From NCBI GenBank assembly GCA_012799825.1, contig JAAZKK010000023.1, positions 3,953-67,952 on the forward strand: 64,000 nt of DNA, written 5' to 3'. Position 1 is the first letter of the stretch; every line of letters starts with the position of its first letter. Below, one piece after another: positions 54,478-63,849 of the stretch. The notes below the pieces were generated by a model that was not told the origin of the DNA, did no database searches, and saw nothing but the letters and a program-made list of their open reading frames with translations. This DNA comes from Clostridiaceae bacterium (lineage in GTDB: Bacteria; Bacillota; Clostridia; Saccharofermentanales; DTU023). Both the position numbers and the translations under genes were made by a program.

Positions 54478-55329
54478 TTATGTCCTTCTCTTTCTTGGTA
54501 TGGCGCTTTCACAGGGGACACCGGTTTGGCATAGGCCGCAACCGTACCGTGGTTTAAATAGATTGCCCATTTTACTTAGCCAAGCACCGCATAGATTATG
54601 ATCTTTCCCTTCAGCGAGACTGATTGCCTGTGCCGGACATCTTTTAACACAAGCACCGCATCTGTTGCAATGATCGTAAATACCGGTATAGGGGCGCGGA
54701 TCGGCAGCTAATTCTTTGCTGACAATGATGGATATGAAGCGACCGGCCATTCCTTTTTCAGTGATAAGACCTTTTGACAGACCGAACGTGCCCAAACCGG
54801 CTATATAGGCCACGTGGCGTTCAGACCAATTGCTGCTAAAGGTGTCCGCCGTGACACAGGAATACTGTTTAAAGTTATTTCCGGCTACGACGACTTCAAA
54901 TCGCTGATCGGTGATGGGCACACAGGTCTTGATGTCGTTGTCGTCAAACCATTTTTTCAAGCTCTCGATAAGTTTTAGGAGATAGGCTTGACCTTCAATT
55001 CTGCCGTGTAACCATTCCGCCGCAGGATGCGTCGTTGCTTTCCGGTTCGCTGATTTTACGGCTTCTGTATAGGGAAAGAAGAGCGATATCACGGTCTTTG
55101 CTTCCGGCAACCATTCCGTGGGGCTTAGAAACCAAGGTCCTACAATATCTGAGTTTTTGAATGCTTCAAACAGTTCGTCTGTTGCAGAAGCAAACCCTAC
55201 AAGCGGCTCGCCGAAGATGTTGAGGCCAATCAGCTCAGGTGAAATGGCCTCTTTTTCTGTAACAATATTTCCGGGGCAGGTCTCATGCAGCGCGCATATT
55301 CTGTGAATAATTCTTTCTTTGTCCATCAT
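54478..55329 (-). CDS. QueG-like / reductive-dehalogenase-like 4Fe-4S protein
   Basis: The C-terminus has CNRCGACVKRCP plus a second Cys cluster, CGLCQTGVPCE. Overall it resembles proteins annotated as epoxyqueuosine reductase. I prefer the start at MMDKER (55329). Confidence 0.5.
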   Translation of the reverse strand: MMDKERIIHRICALHETCPGNIVTEKEAISPELIGLNIFGEPLVGFASATDELFEAFKNSDIVGPWFLSPTEWLPEAKTVISLFFPYTEAVKSANRKATTHPAAEWLHGRIEGQAYLLKLIESLKKWFDDNDIKTCVPITDQRFEVVVAGNNFKQYSCVTADTFSSNWSERHVAYIAGLGTFGLSKGLITEKGMAGRFISIIVSKELAADPRPYTGIYDHCNRCGACVKRCPAQAISLAEGKDHNLCGAWLSKMGNLFKPRYGCGLCQTGVPCESAIPRKRRT

Positions 55330-55526
55330 CTCTCGCCTTACTAAAAAGATTATATTTGGAGATTCGGAGCGTGAGAATTTTACGTTGCTCATTATTATAT
55401 AAGCTCATATAAAATTGTCGATCTTTTGACATTTATTGTATCTCTGCGTTGTCATCTCCTTTGTTCGTTTTCATTAACTGAGCAGAGGTTATTCAGCATT
55501 ATCGCAAGATCGAGCGGCGCCTAACC

Positions 55527-55555
55527 TTGACTTTTCGGCAAGTTCCATGTAGTAT
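55527..55555 (+). promoter_or_regulatory. Sigma-A promoter of tRNA-Pro
   Basis: The sequence reads TTGACT, a 17-nt spacer, then TAGTAT. It ends 11 nt before the tRNA 5' end. Confidence 0.65.
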
Positions 55556-55566
55556 CAGTTTCGCGT

Positions 55567-55642
55567 CGGGGTGTGGCTCAGGTGGTAGAGCGCTTGGTTC
55601 GGGACCAAGAGGCCGCAAGTTCAAGTCTTGTCACTCCGACCA
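55567..55642 (+). tRNA. tRNA-Pro (anticodon CGG)
   Basis: The sequence begins CGGGGTGTGGCTCAGGTGGTAGAGCG. The anticodon arm is CTTGG-TTCGGGA-CCAAG, the T-loop is TTCAAGT, the acceptor 3' strand is CACTCCG-A, and CCA is encoded. Confidence 0.92.
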
Positions 55643-55649
55643 AGACTTC

Positions 55650-55685
55650 GCCGCTGGGATCTCATTGTTTCAGCGGCTTTTCTTG
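55650..55685 (+). terminator. Terminator after tRNA-Pro (overlaps 3' end of convergent glpP)
   Basis: The stem gccgctg / cagcggc flanks a 14-nt loop and is followed by ttttctt. Confidence 0.6.
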
Positions 55686-56278
55686 TCTCTTTTTTCTTGA
55701 AAGATCGTATTGATCTCGCCAAGCGAAAAAGTACTGGCGGAGATAGCGACGGCGCCGCCTTCCAATGCATCCAAAACATCTTGAGGCGTCTTGATGAGAC
55801 CGCCTGCGATCACCGGACATTGGACAATTTTCGCGACCTCTCGAAAATAGCGTGTAACAATACCTGGCAGGACTTCGACTAGGTCGGGTTCGCACTGATT
55901 AATTGTATGTTTGACGTTGTCCAGTGCCATGGAATCCAACAGAAAGAAACGGAGGATGGTGAATAGTTTCAGTTCCTTACCCCGCTTCAATAGTTTTGGG
56001 CGTGTAGAGATGATGCCGTCTGCGCCAACTTCTTTTTTTATATAATCCACGACTACCTCGCGCGGCGCGAATCCGTCGATTAAATCAACATGTACGATGG
56101 CAATTTTGTTGCGCTCATGGATTTTTTTAACGATATTGGGCAGTGTACAGATGTTGCCTGATAAAATAAAGATGACATCGTGACTGCCGCCAAGAAGTTG
56201 ATCGAGGCGATCTGTATCCTTTACAGCAAGGATGATGGGTGAGCGCTCGATATGTTCGATGATGGAGAGAGGTTGCAT
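55670..56278 (-). CDS. glpP: Glycerol-3-phosphate responsive antiterminator GlpP
   Basis: It shows the G3P_antiterm family pattern (PIILAVKD.., VIFILSGNI..L..IVKKIHE..K.AIVHVDLIDG, GIISTR, IQRFFLLDS-like LRFFLLDS, VEVLPG, PVIAGGLI). I prefer the start at MQPLS. Confidence 0.8.
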   Translation of the reverse strand: MQPLSIIEHIERSPIILAVKDTDRLDQLLGGSHDVIFILSGNICTLPNIVKKIHERNKIAIVHVDLIDGFAPREVVVDYIKKEVGADGIISTRPKLLKRGKELKLFTILRFFLLDSMALDNVKHTINQCEPDLVEVLPGIVTRYFREVAKIVQCPVIAGGLIKTPQDVLDALEGGAVAISASTFSLGEINTIFQEKRDKKSR

Positions 56279-56627
56279 AAAGACCTTGCCTTTCTTCAAC
56301 GGCGGTCGGCTTTCTAATGGTTAGTATGTTTGTCAATGGCGACAAAAACAGTCAATTACAAGTTACATATGCTCATTATAACAGGGTATGCCATATTGTG
56401 CATCTTTTTGTTAGATTTTAATAATACATTTAACTATCGGTATTCATTGAAGAAATGTATGTGGTACATAGGGTAAAACAATTGATTAAAAGATGAAAAT
56501 ATGATGTAATAGCAAAGCAGGGCAATAATATCGGTCAAGCCCAAACTCTACACGTATCATTTCAGACTCGGATGAATGGTTGATACCATCACTAGAGCAC
56601 ATAGCTAGAGATGATTGAGAATAAAAA

Positions 56628-59600
56628 ATGGCTATAGGAGGCTATATGTCTGGAGTTATCTATTGTGAACAGTGCGGCAAAATGTTAAGGGCGGACAATA
56701 TCTATTGCACATCCTGTGGCAATAAGTTACGTCATGTACCAAAGAGTCTCATTGAGACTAGCGATTACACTGAACCAAAGAGTCTCAGTGAGACGAGTGA
56801 TTACACTGAGACAAAGAGTGAAGAGAAGATTGTACAGATACGGCAACAAACACGGGAGCAAAAGCCTAACTTGCTACAAGAATCTGACGCAATTTCTCAG
56901 GACGATATGCACGATACGCTTGAGCCAGAGGGTTCAGCTCAAGAGGTCCTCTCTTCGATTGTTAACGCAGCGTTAGAAATGGATGATGAGGGAAAATATC
57001 CCGGTTCCCTTCTTTCCGTTCTAGATGAATACATCGCGCAGTATCCCGAGAATACCGGAGAGGCACTGTACTATAAGGGTATTATTTTGAACCATCACCT
57101 CAATCCTGCTCCGGACACGACTGAGATTTTCTCTTGTTTTAACCGCGCTCTTGATATGGGTGAAAAACGTGCCGCTGTCCACTTAATGAGATCAGTTTAT
57201 AATCACGGGGATGAAATCACTGTGCCGCATAAGCCTTGGGAAGATTATGCCAGAATTTCCGTTTATGAGGCAGGCGATTTACAAGCGGCCACCTTTCTTG
57301 CTTTGATCATAGTGCAGGGCGAAATTGAGGAAAAATTTGAAAATGAGGGACATAAGCTGCTCGTTCTTACTTCAGTAGAAGGCGATGCAGTTCTTCCCAG
57401 AGTGTTACAAGGTGAACTGATTAAGATCTCAGATGACGTTTTTGATTTATTGGTAGACTCCTATTCTTCGACCTTATCCGGTCTTCCGCAAGAGAATGCA
57501 AAGTTCAAATTATTGTCAGAGAGTCTCTACGATTTCGCCTGCACTTACATCGATACTACCGGTGATCAGTGGAAATCGAGAATATTGAGAATCGCTGATT
57601 TGCTCTCGGCGTATGATTGCGCTCCCGCCTACAATCTCCAAGGTCTTGTTTTAGAAGAAGGAATGACCGGAGAGCGAGATTTACAAGGGGCTAAGGACTA
57701 TTATAAAAAGGCGATAGAACTCGGGGATGCAGAGGGCCTTTTCCGTCTAGGATATCTATATTTAGGTGAGAGCGGGGAAACACCCAACCCCGTAGCAGCA
57801 GCATCCTATTTTCGTAAGGCAGCAGATAAAAATCATGGTACCGCCACTAATAGTCTAATTGTTTTACTGAGAACTGAAAGAGTTCCCATGGAAGACGACG
57901 GGGAGCTGGTTCGTTTGTTGCTTAATGCCTTAGAAGAAGGAATAATTACCGAAGACAATGCTTTCTATTTGGCATCACTATATGTTGAGGGCACCGATAA
58001 TTTAGCAAAGGATGAGCAGAAAGCAATTTCAATTCTTGAAGCTATTAGTGAAGACTTTCTAGATGCGCGTGTATATTTAGCGTACCGTTACATAGAAACA
58101 GAGACAGAAATAGAAAAAGTTACTGAAATCTTGGAAAGGGCAGTAACAGCAAATCACCCCATGGGTCTCTATACTTACGGTGATTTTCTGCTTGACAAGA
58201 AAGACATCACTCAAAAAGATGAAATTCGTGCTCTAGATTTTCTCGAACGAGCTTATGACCTAGGTATTGGCCTAGCTGCATTATCTTTGTCTACCTATTA
58301 CCTGCAGAGATGTAAAGACCCTCTCAATTATCCTCGAGCCATTATCTGGTCTCTGAGGGCTCTCGCTATAGGTTTTTCTTCTGAGGTTACAAAAATTGCC
58401 ATTGACGCTGTCATTGAAAAGGCCTGTTCGGAAAATATTGACCCTCTTACGGGTCATGCTACGACGGAACCACAAGTTTGGCTTAAACTGGATGGAGGCA
58501 AGATAGGAAATAAAATCGCCATAGAACGTGGTGTTGTTAATTCAATGCCTCTTCTTTCTTTACCATCCCCTGATGTCGCTAAACAACGACCAAGCAAGAT
58601 AGAAGAGGAGCATGAGCAGATTACTGAAGGGTCCGGTCTCATAAAGGACGAGCCCAAACATCCTAAGATAAATGAGACAGCTAAGTTGGACTCTTTACCT
58701 ATCGAACCACAACAACAATTATGGATCATAGAGCACAATAACATTAGAAATACCGGAGACAAGACGAAGGCTCTTGTCTATGCAACTCAGAAGCAAGAAG
58801 CCTATCCAAATAGTTATTTTGCCAATTACATGTTGGGCGTGAGTAAAATGGATTTTGGCGAGATCGATGATGCTGTCGGTTGCTTCAATCGTGCACTTAA
58901 TGCCGAACCTCGACCTGCTGAGTCTTACGAGAGAGTTTCTGGCATATTGTTTGATAACGGTCACCATATGCACGCTTCTGTCTTTGCTGGTGTTGGTTTA
59001 GAAAAGTACCCGGATAGTTTGCCTTTATTTTGCATACGCTTCGAATCGCTTCGATTGACAAGCACCCCGGACACTCTCAGGAAACAATTTGCCATCGAGG
59101 GTAAATTAGTTCCTAAGGTTTGTCGTGACGTATACTTGGCTTTTTCATATTATGATGATTTGTTTCAATTGGTTGACAATGTTGTCATTGACGGGGAAAC
59201 GGATCAACGTCTCCTTGGCGAAGAAAAAATCAACAAGGCAAAGGTGCTCGTAACGAAGTTAAATCAGACAATTCCGACAGACGTGCCTGCGGAAGTAACA
59301 AAAATCTATCCAATATTTGCAAAGTACCTGAAAGAAGATATCGAGAATCTTCGTGCTGAAACCAAAATCGTTGAGGATCTGATTGACTTTGAATGCAAGA
59401 GAAAGTTTATCTTTGAGTATGCCAAGATACCGTTGATTGCCCTTGGAGCATCTATTTTCTTATTCAAATACGCTGGTTTCTTGGCCTTTATTCTCTTTAT
59501 CTTCGGGCTAATTGGAGTCTTAGCATCCCGAGTGCCTCGGTGGAGATTATTTGCACATCACTATCCCGGAACCTCATTGCCTGAATATAACCTCTTTTAT

Positions 59601-59645
59601 GCTTATCGTGACTTCTTCCGCGACATATCAAGCTCAGGAGACTGA
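56628..59645 (+). CDS. Large Zn-ribbon / Sel1-like repeat / TPR-like protein with C-terminal TM hairpin
   Basis: It has an N-terminal CEQCG..CTSCG ribbon and Sel1-type repeats (GAKDYYKKAIELGDAEGLFRLGYLYL.., AASYFRKAADKNHGTATNSL). A TPR-like block follows (AVGCFNRALNAEP), then the hydrophobic hairpin IPLIALGASIFLFKYAGFLAFILFIFGLIGVLA. An alternative start lies at 56646. Confidence 0.7.
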   Translation: MAIGGYMSGVIYCEQCGKMLRADNIYCTSCGNKLRHVPKSLIETSDYTEPKSLSETSDYTETKSEEKIVQIRQQTREQKPNLLQESDAISQDDMHDTLEPEGSAQEVLSSIVNAALEMDDEGKYPGSLLSVLDEYIAQYPENTGEALYYKGIILNHHLNPAPDTTEIFSCFNRALDMGEKRAAVHLMRSVYNHGDEITVPHKPWEDYARISVYEAGDLQAATFLALIIVQGEIEEKFENEGHKLLVLTSVEGDAVLPRVLQGELIKISDDVFDLLVDSYSSTLSGLPQENAKFKLLSESLYDFACTYIDTTGDQWKSRILRIADLLSAYDCAPAYNLQGLVLEEGMTGERDLQGAKDYYKKAIELGDAEGLFRLGYLYLGESGETPNPVAAASYFRKAADKNHGTATNSLIVLLRTERVPMEDDGELVRLLLNALEEGIITEDNAFYLASLYVEGTDNLAKDEQKAISILEAISEDFLDARVYLAYRYIETETEIEKVTEILERAVTANHPMGLYTYGDFLLDKKDITQKDEIRALDFLERAYDLGIGLAALSLSTYYLQRCKDPLNYPRAIIWSLRALAIGFSSEVTKIAIDAVIEKACSENIDPLTGHATTEPQVWLKLDGGKIGNKIAIERGVVNSMPLLSLPSPDVAKQRPSKIEEEHEQITEGSGLIKDEPKHPKINETAKLDSLPIEPQQQLWIIEHNNIRNTGDKTKALVYATQKQEAYPNSYFANYMLGVSKMDFGEIDDAVGCFNRALNAEPRPAESYERVSGILFDNGHHMHASVFAGVGLEKYPDSLPLFCIRFESLRLTSTPDTLRKQFAIEGKLVPKVCRDVYLAFSYYDDLFQLVDNVVIDGETDQRLLGEEKINKAKVLVTKLNQTIPTDVPAEVTKIYPIFAKYLKEDIENLRAETKIVEDLIDFECKRKFIFEYAKIPLIALGASIFLFKYAGFLAFILFIFGLIGVLASRVPRWRLFAHHYPGTSLPEYNLFYAYRDFFRDISSSGD
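56739..56810. repeat. 36-bp tandem repeat x2 (plus partial third) inside the 1005-aa gene
   Basis: The units are ccaaagagtctcattgagactagcgattacactgaa and ccaaagagtctcagtgagacgagtgattacactgag. They encode PKSL(I/S)ETSDYTE twice. Confidence 0.9.
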
Positions 59646-59866
59646 TACATAATAGAAATATTGCAAGACTTGATCACTGGAGAAGTGCTAGTTTTAACTA
59701 TGAGTTAAGAAACTTTACAATACTTACAATACAACTATGATAGTATAGAAAAAGTATTCTACGACCTGACGCGGCAAAAGGAAACGCTTCAGCTGTTTTT
59801 TGTTGCCGGAGATAATAGCCACAATTTTATAAAAGAATATACTGTGAAGTAACAAGGAGACTTACT

Positions 59867-61099
59867 ATGGCAATAGCAGAAGTAGTTAAGTTTGAAGGTT
59901 CTCCGGATGCCTTGGTGTGGAAATACCCACTCGAAAATTTTAACGCAACATCTCAGCTAATCGTGGATGAGACTCACGAAGCCTTGCTCGTTGTAAATGG
60001 CAACGCTGCGGATCTTTTTACGGCAGGACGCCGGACACTATCTCTCCCTAACATTCCTCTTGCCCGTGAGTTGATAGAAATTCCTACAGGCGGGGAATCT
60101 CCTTTCCCGTGCAAGGTGTTTTTTATCAACAAGGTTCATCAGATGAACCTATTATGGGGTACGCAAGGGCCTATAGCTTTAGAAGATCCAATGTATGACA
60201 TTTTTATGCATGTGATGGCCAATGGCAGCATGTCAGTCTCCGTTGATAACTCCCGAAAATTCATGCTAAAAATGGTTGGATTTAGGGATAGCTTCAGTAA
60301 CGATGAGATGATCACAAAATTCCGTGGCATTATATCATCTCAGGTTAAAGACTCCATTTCAAAAATCATGATTAACGGCATGCTCAGCTACTTCGTTATG
60401 AACGCACACCTGTTTGAGTTAAGCGGTGTGATCAAAGAGCGCCTTGATTCTGTTTTTGACGAGTATGGAATTAACATTCAGTACTTTAACATAGAAACCA
60501 TAGAAGTTCCTGAAGATGACTACAGAAAAGTAAGCGATGCCAAAGACCGCAGAACAAGCCGAATGATCGAAGGCTATACTTGGCAGGAAGAGCGTCAAAT
60601 GATGATCGCCGAGAAGTTTGCCGGCAACGAAGGCACGATGGGCAACGTTGGCGGCGCAGTTGGTGGTTTCATGCTTGGAGGTGCCCTAGGTGGTTCTGTT
60701 GTTGACATAGCAAGGAACGCGCTTGACCCGGCGAGGATCCCTGATGGAAATCCACCAAAGGATGCTGACGGAACACATGTTTACCCCGGGCAAGAACGTA
60801 CTGGTTTTGACGTCAATAATTTTTTCAAACCCAAAGAAGAATCCGGGGAACTTACAAAATCAGAAAAATGCCCTAGATGTGAGGCAAAACTGCCGGCGGA
60901 CGCTAAGTTTTGCTCGAACTGTGGTTGGAGTATTGATAGTAATAAAAACACAATCGTTTGTCCTAACTGCAACAATGAAGTGCCCAAGGGTAAGTTCTGC
61001 TCGAAGTGTGGCAGCGTACTCCAAAATCTCTGTCCTAAGTGTGGTACAAAATTGCACGCAGAAGCAAATTTTTGCCACGAGTGCGGCGAAAAATTATAG
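59867..61099 (+). CDS. YdjI-type SPFH (band-7-like) protein with three C-terminal zinc ribbons
   Basis: The N-terminal ~270 aa resemble the COG4260/YdjI family (VVKFEGSPDALVWKYP.., SQLIVDETHEALLVVNG.., GGESPFPCKVFFINK..LWGT). A Gly-rich linker follows, then CPRC..CSNCG, CPNC..CSKCG and CPKC..CHECG. An aaggag RBS lies upstream. Confidence 0.7.
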   Translation: MAIAEVVKFEGSPDALVWKYPLENFNATSQLIVDETHEALLVVNGNAADLFTAGRRTLSLPNIPLARELIEIPTGGESPFPCKVFFINKVHQMNLLWGTQGPIALEDPMYDIFMHVMANGSMSVSVDNSRKFMLKMVGFRDSFSNDEMITKFRGIISSQVKDSISKIMINGMLSYFVMNAHLFELSGVIKERLDSVFDEYGINIQYFNIETIEVPEDDYRKVSDAKDRRTSRMIEGYTWQEERQMMIAEKFAGNEGTMGNVGGAVGGFMLGGALGGSVVDIARNALDPARIPDGNPPKDADGTHVYPGQERTGFDVNNFFKPKEESGELTKSEKCPRCEAKLPADAKFCSNCGWSIDSNKNTIVCPNCNNEVPKGKFCSKCGSVLQNLCPKCGTKLHAEANFCHECGEKL

Positions 61100-61112
61100 G
61101 GGTGAATAGACA

Positions 61113-61814
61113 ATGAATAAGACAGATAGAAAGACGAAAAGTGTCGTTGGAATTGCTCTGATCTACGTGATCATTTTTGGGGTGCTTAATCTCCTCATCT
61201 TCACAATCTTTAAAACGCGGACGAATGTGTTTTGGCTGAGCTATGCTTTTATGGCTCTGGCCTTTGTCGTCCAGATTGTCAGTATGTTTCTTTCGTTCAA
61301 GAAGGCCGACGTTGAGACTGCCTTCTTTGGTATCCCTTTGGCGTCATTCTCGGTATTCTATCTCGGAGCTGCCATCGTCGTTGGGGCACTGTTTATGATT
61401 TTCCAAGCTGCAAGTTTTACTCTGGCTTTGGTCATTCAGACTCTTGTTCTTGCTACTTTCTTGGTAATCGCCATTATCTCATTGCTTGCCCGCGACACTG
61501 TACAACAGGTTATCGAAGATCAGAAGAAAGATGTCGCCAGTCACAAATCTGTGCTTGTCGACATTGAAATGATGAGTGAAGCTGTTGCCGATCCTGAACT
61601 AAGGAAGGCGCTTTACAGACTCTCCGAAACGGTTAAATACTCTGATCCAATAACAAATGAGGCTGTTGCAGGTATTGAGCAACGTATAAAGCATAAAGTC
61701 AAAGAATTAGGGTTTTGCATTGAAGATAATCAGATTGCAGACGCAATGCATACATGCGGTGAGCTCGAACAGATGTATCTCGAAAGAAATAAGCGGCTTG
61801 CCATCTCTAAGTAG
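61113..61814 (+). CDS. Four-TM membrane protein with ~100-aa helical cytoplasmic tail
   Basis: This 233-aa protein has four hydrophobic segments in residues ~10-125, followed by a charged helical region. It starts 13 nt after the SPFH gene stop, with a ggggtg RBS. Confidence 0.6.
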   Translation: MNKTDRKTKSVVGIALIYVIIFGVLNLLIFTIFKTRTNVFWLSYAFMALAFVVQIVSMFLSFKKADVETAFFGIPLASFSVFYLGAAIVVGALFMIFQAASFTLALVIQTLVLATFLVIAIISLLARDTVQQVIEDQKKDVASHKSVLVDIEMMSEAVADPELRKALYRLSETVKYSDPITNEAVAGIEQRIKHKVKELGFCIEDNQIADAMHTCGELEQMYLERNKRLAISK

Positions 61815-61832
61815 TCGTAGAGAGGTGCATAG

Positions 61833-63827
61833 ATGACGGTTCGTTTTGTAGCACGAAAATGCGATCAATGTGCCGGAAGGTTACAGTACATAAGAGAGAA
61901 GAAAATTTGGAAGTGCCTTTACTGTGGAGCAGAAATTGAGAGACAAGAGCAATACAGTGCTCTCTTTACCATAAAAAATGTGGTTAGGCAGTCTCTCCTA
62001 GATAGTGCCTATAGGCGTCTTGAAAGTGCGGCGGATAATCTCCTTGAGTGCAAAAAAATTGACTCACACTATATTGGAACACTTATTGCCGGCCTTACCT
62101 ACGACATTATCCGAGTAACAACTCCGGGTGCATGTGAGCCTCGGGAAGTCAGTCCAATTTTGACACAGGTCGCAAAGAACTATAAGCAGCTCAAAGCCTT
62201 CAGCACGACCGTAACCGAAGAGGAGGAAGCTCTTTATGAGTTTCTCGAAGAATCGGATATACTTGCGACCTTGGTTTTGGTGTATGACTCGCTAGGTGAT
62301 GCGATTCGTCGGGATTTTGTTACACAAATGATTGATGCCCGCGAGATATTCTCAATACCCGTGAACACGAACCTATTAAGGTATGCAATAAAAAACGAGC
62401 TCATTGACCTTGCAGACCAAATTATCGCTAATGTAAACAACATTGATGTTAAGACGGCGCTGATTGAGGTGATGGAAAAGTACCCGGATAATGGTAGCAA
62501 GGGCGACAGGATCACAACACTCCTATCGACGAATGAATTGAAGTATGAAGACCGAAGGCTGATAGAAACTTATTTGAGCAAGTCTCCCGACACCGTCTCA
62601 ACGAAGAGCAAGGTCGCATCTGCCGCTATTAATCAGGGTTTATTAGTAAATCTAGATGTTTTGATGGATCATGTCATACGACAGGCAGACGTTGCTATTG
62701 TGCAAGAGGCCTTATCAGCCTTCTGTAAAACAAAGATCAGCGATGAGGATGTTGTAAAAATCCTCTCTTTTGCCTACGAGTGTGGGAATATTGAATCTGC
62801 AAAGGTCGCACTGGACTGTTTGAAAGATAGCGAGCAATATGTTCTCATTCCTACAAAACTGCTCATATCAATGCTTTCAGACAGCAAAATCAACCAAAGC
62901 GACAAAATTGCCCTGCTCGACAAATCATTTGAGTTTAGGATAGATGATAAATCCTTCGAAGCCTTGCTGAAGCACTATCTCTGTTTTAATGACGACTCGA
63001 CGGAGAAGCGAAAGCCTATCGTTGACTATTTGCTTGAGCGAGCTGTAACCATCTCATCCGCAACAGTAAATACATATGTTTTGCAGACCTCTATTGATGG
63101 TGAAAATAAACCGTCAATAGTGGAAAAGATATTCAGTAAAGAGCTGATTCTTAGCTTTTTCAATGACCTGCTTTCTGATTATATGGCAAGTGATACTGAT
63201 ACAAGTGAGGTTAAAACCGCTATTGTTGAGATACTGTCTCAGAAGGGTTTAAAGGTTAGTCCCGGAGATCTCATTGAATACATCTGTGACTCTCCAGATG
63301 ACTTGCCCACGAAGATTCGGTTCATCCAGAAGATGGTAGCAAACGGTTCGCAACTCAGAGCGGATGCGGCAAGCACTTATCTGGAACGAATGACACCGGA
63401 TTCGTTCAGTTCAGAGTTGTTTTCCTTGATTTTTACGCCAGTGAGTTTGTTTTCTTTACGTGCTGCAGAAAACTATCTCCTTTGGATTAAGGATAACGAA
63501 ACTGTAAAAGGAGCCAATGTAAAGTCTATATTAGATCGCTGTACTGGTGACATCGCCAGCGTAAGATGCCATGTAAGCCACCTTGGGAATACCGTAACTT
63601 GTAATATGTTACAAGCCTACACACTCGTTACGACTGATTCACAGACAACAGCTTTGGAAGTGGCAAACTTCTTGATTTCAGGCAAAAAACTAAAACTGAA
63701 CGATGTCGTTCAAGTTTCCGGTTCAAATATGCGGCTAAAGAAGTACGTTATGGCAAACAGTGTGAGTTTAAGCACAGCCACTAACGCTATTTGTGAACAA
63801 TATAGGATGTTCTCGCTATTTTTCTAG
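61833..63827 (+). CDS. Zn-ribbon protein with large helical-repeat (ankyrin/HEAT-like) body
   Basis: An N-terminal ribbon, CDQCAGRLQY..WKCLYCG, is followed by ~620 aa of repetitive amphipathic helices. The gene starts 18 nt after the upstream stop, with a gagaggtg RBS. Confidence 0.6.
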   Translation: MTVRFVARKCDQCAGRLQYIREKKIWKCLYCGAEIERQEQYSALFTIKNVVRQSLLDSAYRRLESAADNLLECKKIDSHYIGTLIAGLTYDIIRVTTPGACEPREVSPILTQVAKNYKQLKAFSTTVTEEEEALYEFLEESDILATLVLVYDSLGDAIRRDFVTQMIDAREIFSIPVNTNLLRYAIKNELIDLADQIIANVNNIDVKTALIEVMEKYPDNGSKGDRITTLLSTNELKYEDRRLIETYLSKSPDTVSTKSKVASAAINQGLLVNLDVLMDHVIRQADVAIVQEALSAFCKTKISDEDVVKILSFAYECGNIESAKVALDCLKDSEQYVLIPTKLLISMLSDSKINQSDKIALLDKSFEFRIDDKSFEALLKHYLCFNDDSTEKRKPIVDYLLERAVTISSATVNTYVLQTSIDGENKPSIVEKIFSKELILSFFNDLLSDYMASDTDTSEVKTAIVEILSQKGLKVSPGDLIEYICDSPDDLPTKIRFIQKMVANGSQLRADAASTYLERMTPDSFSSELFSLIFTPVSLFSLRAAENYLLWIKDNETVKGANVKSILDRCTGDIASVRCHVSHLGNTVTCNMLQAYTLVTTDSQTTALEVANFLISGKKLKLNDVVQVSGSNMRLKKYVMANSVSLSTATNAICEQYRMFSLFF

Positions 63828-63849
63828 AATTCGAGGAAGGAGCTTATGC

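Noticed and set aside
54339-54521. A 60-aa minus-strand ORF lies between trmD and the QueG-like gene.
   Set aside because: It overlaps the duplicated trmD-end repeat and the 3' end of the QueG-like gene. It has no RBS or recognisable motif.
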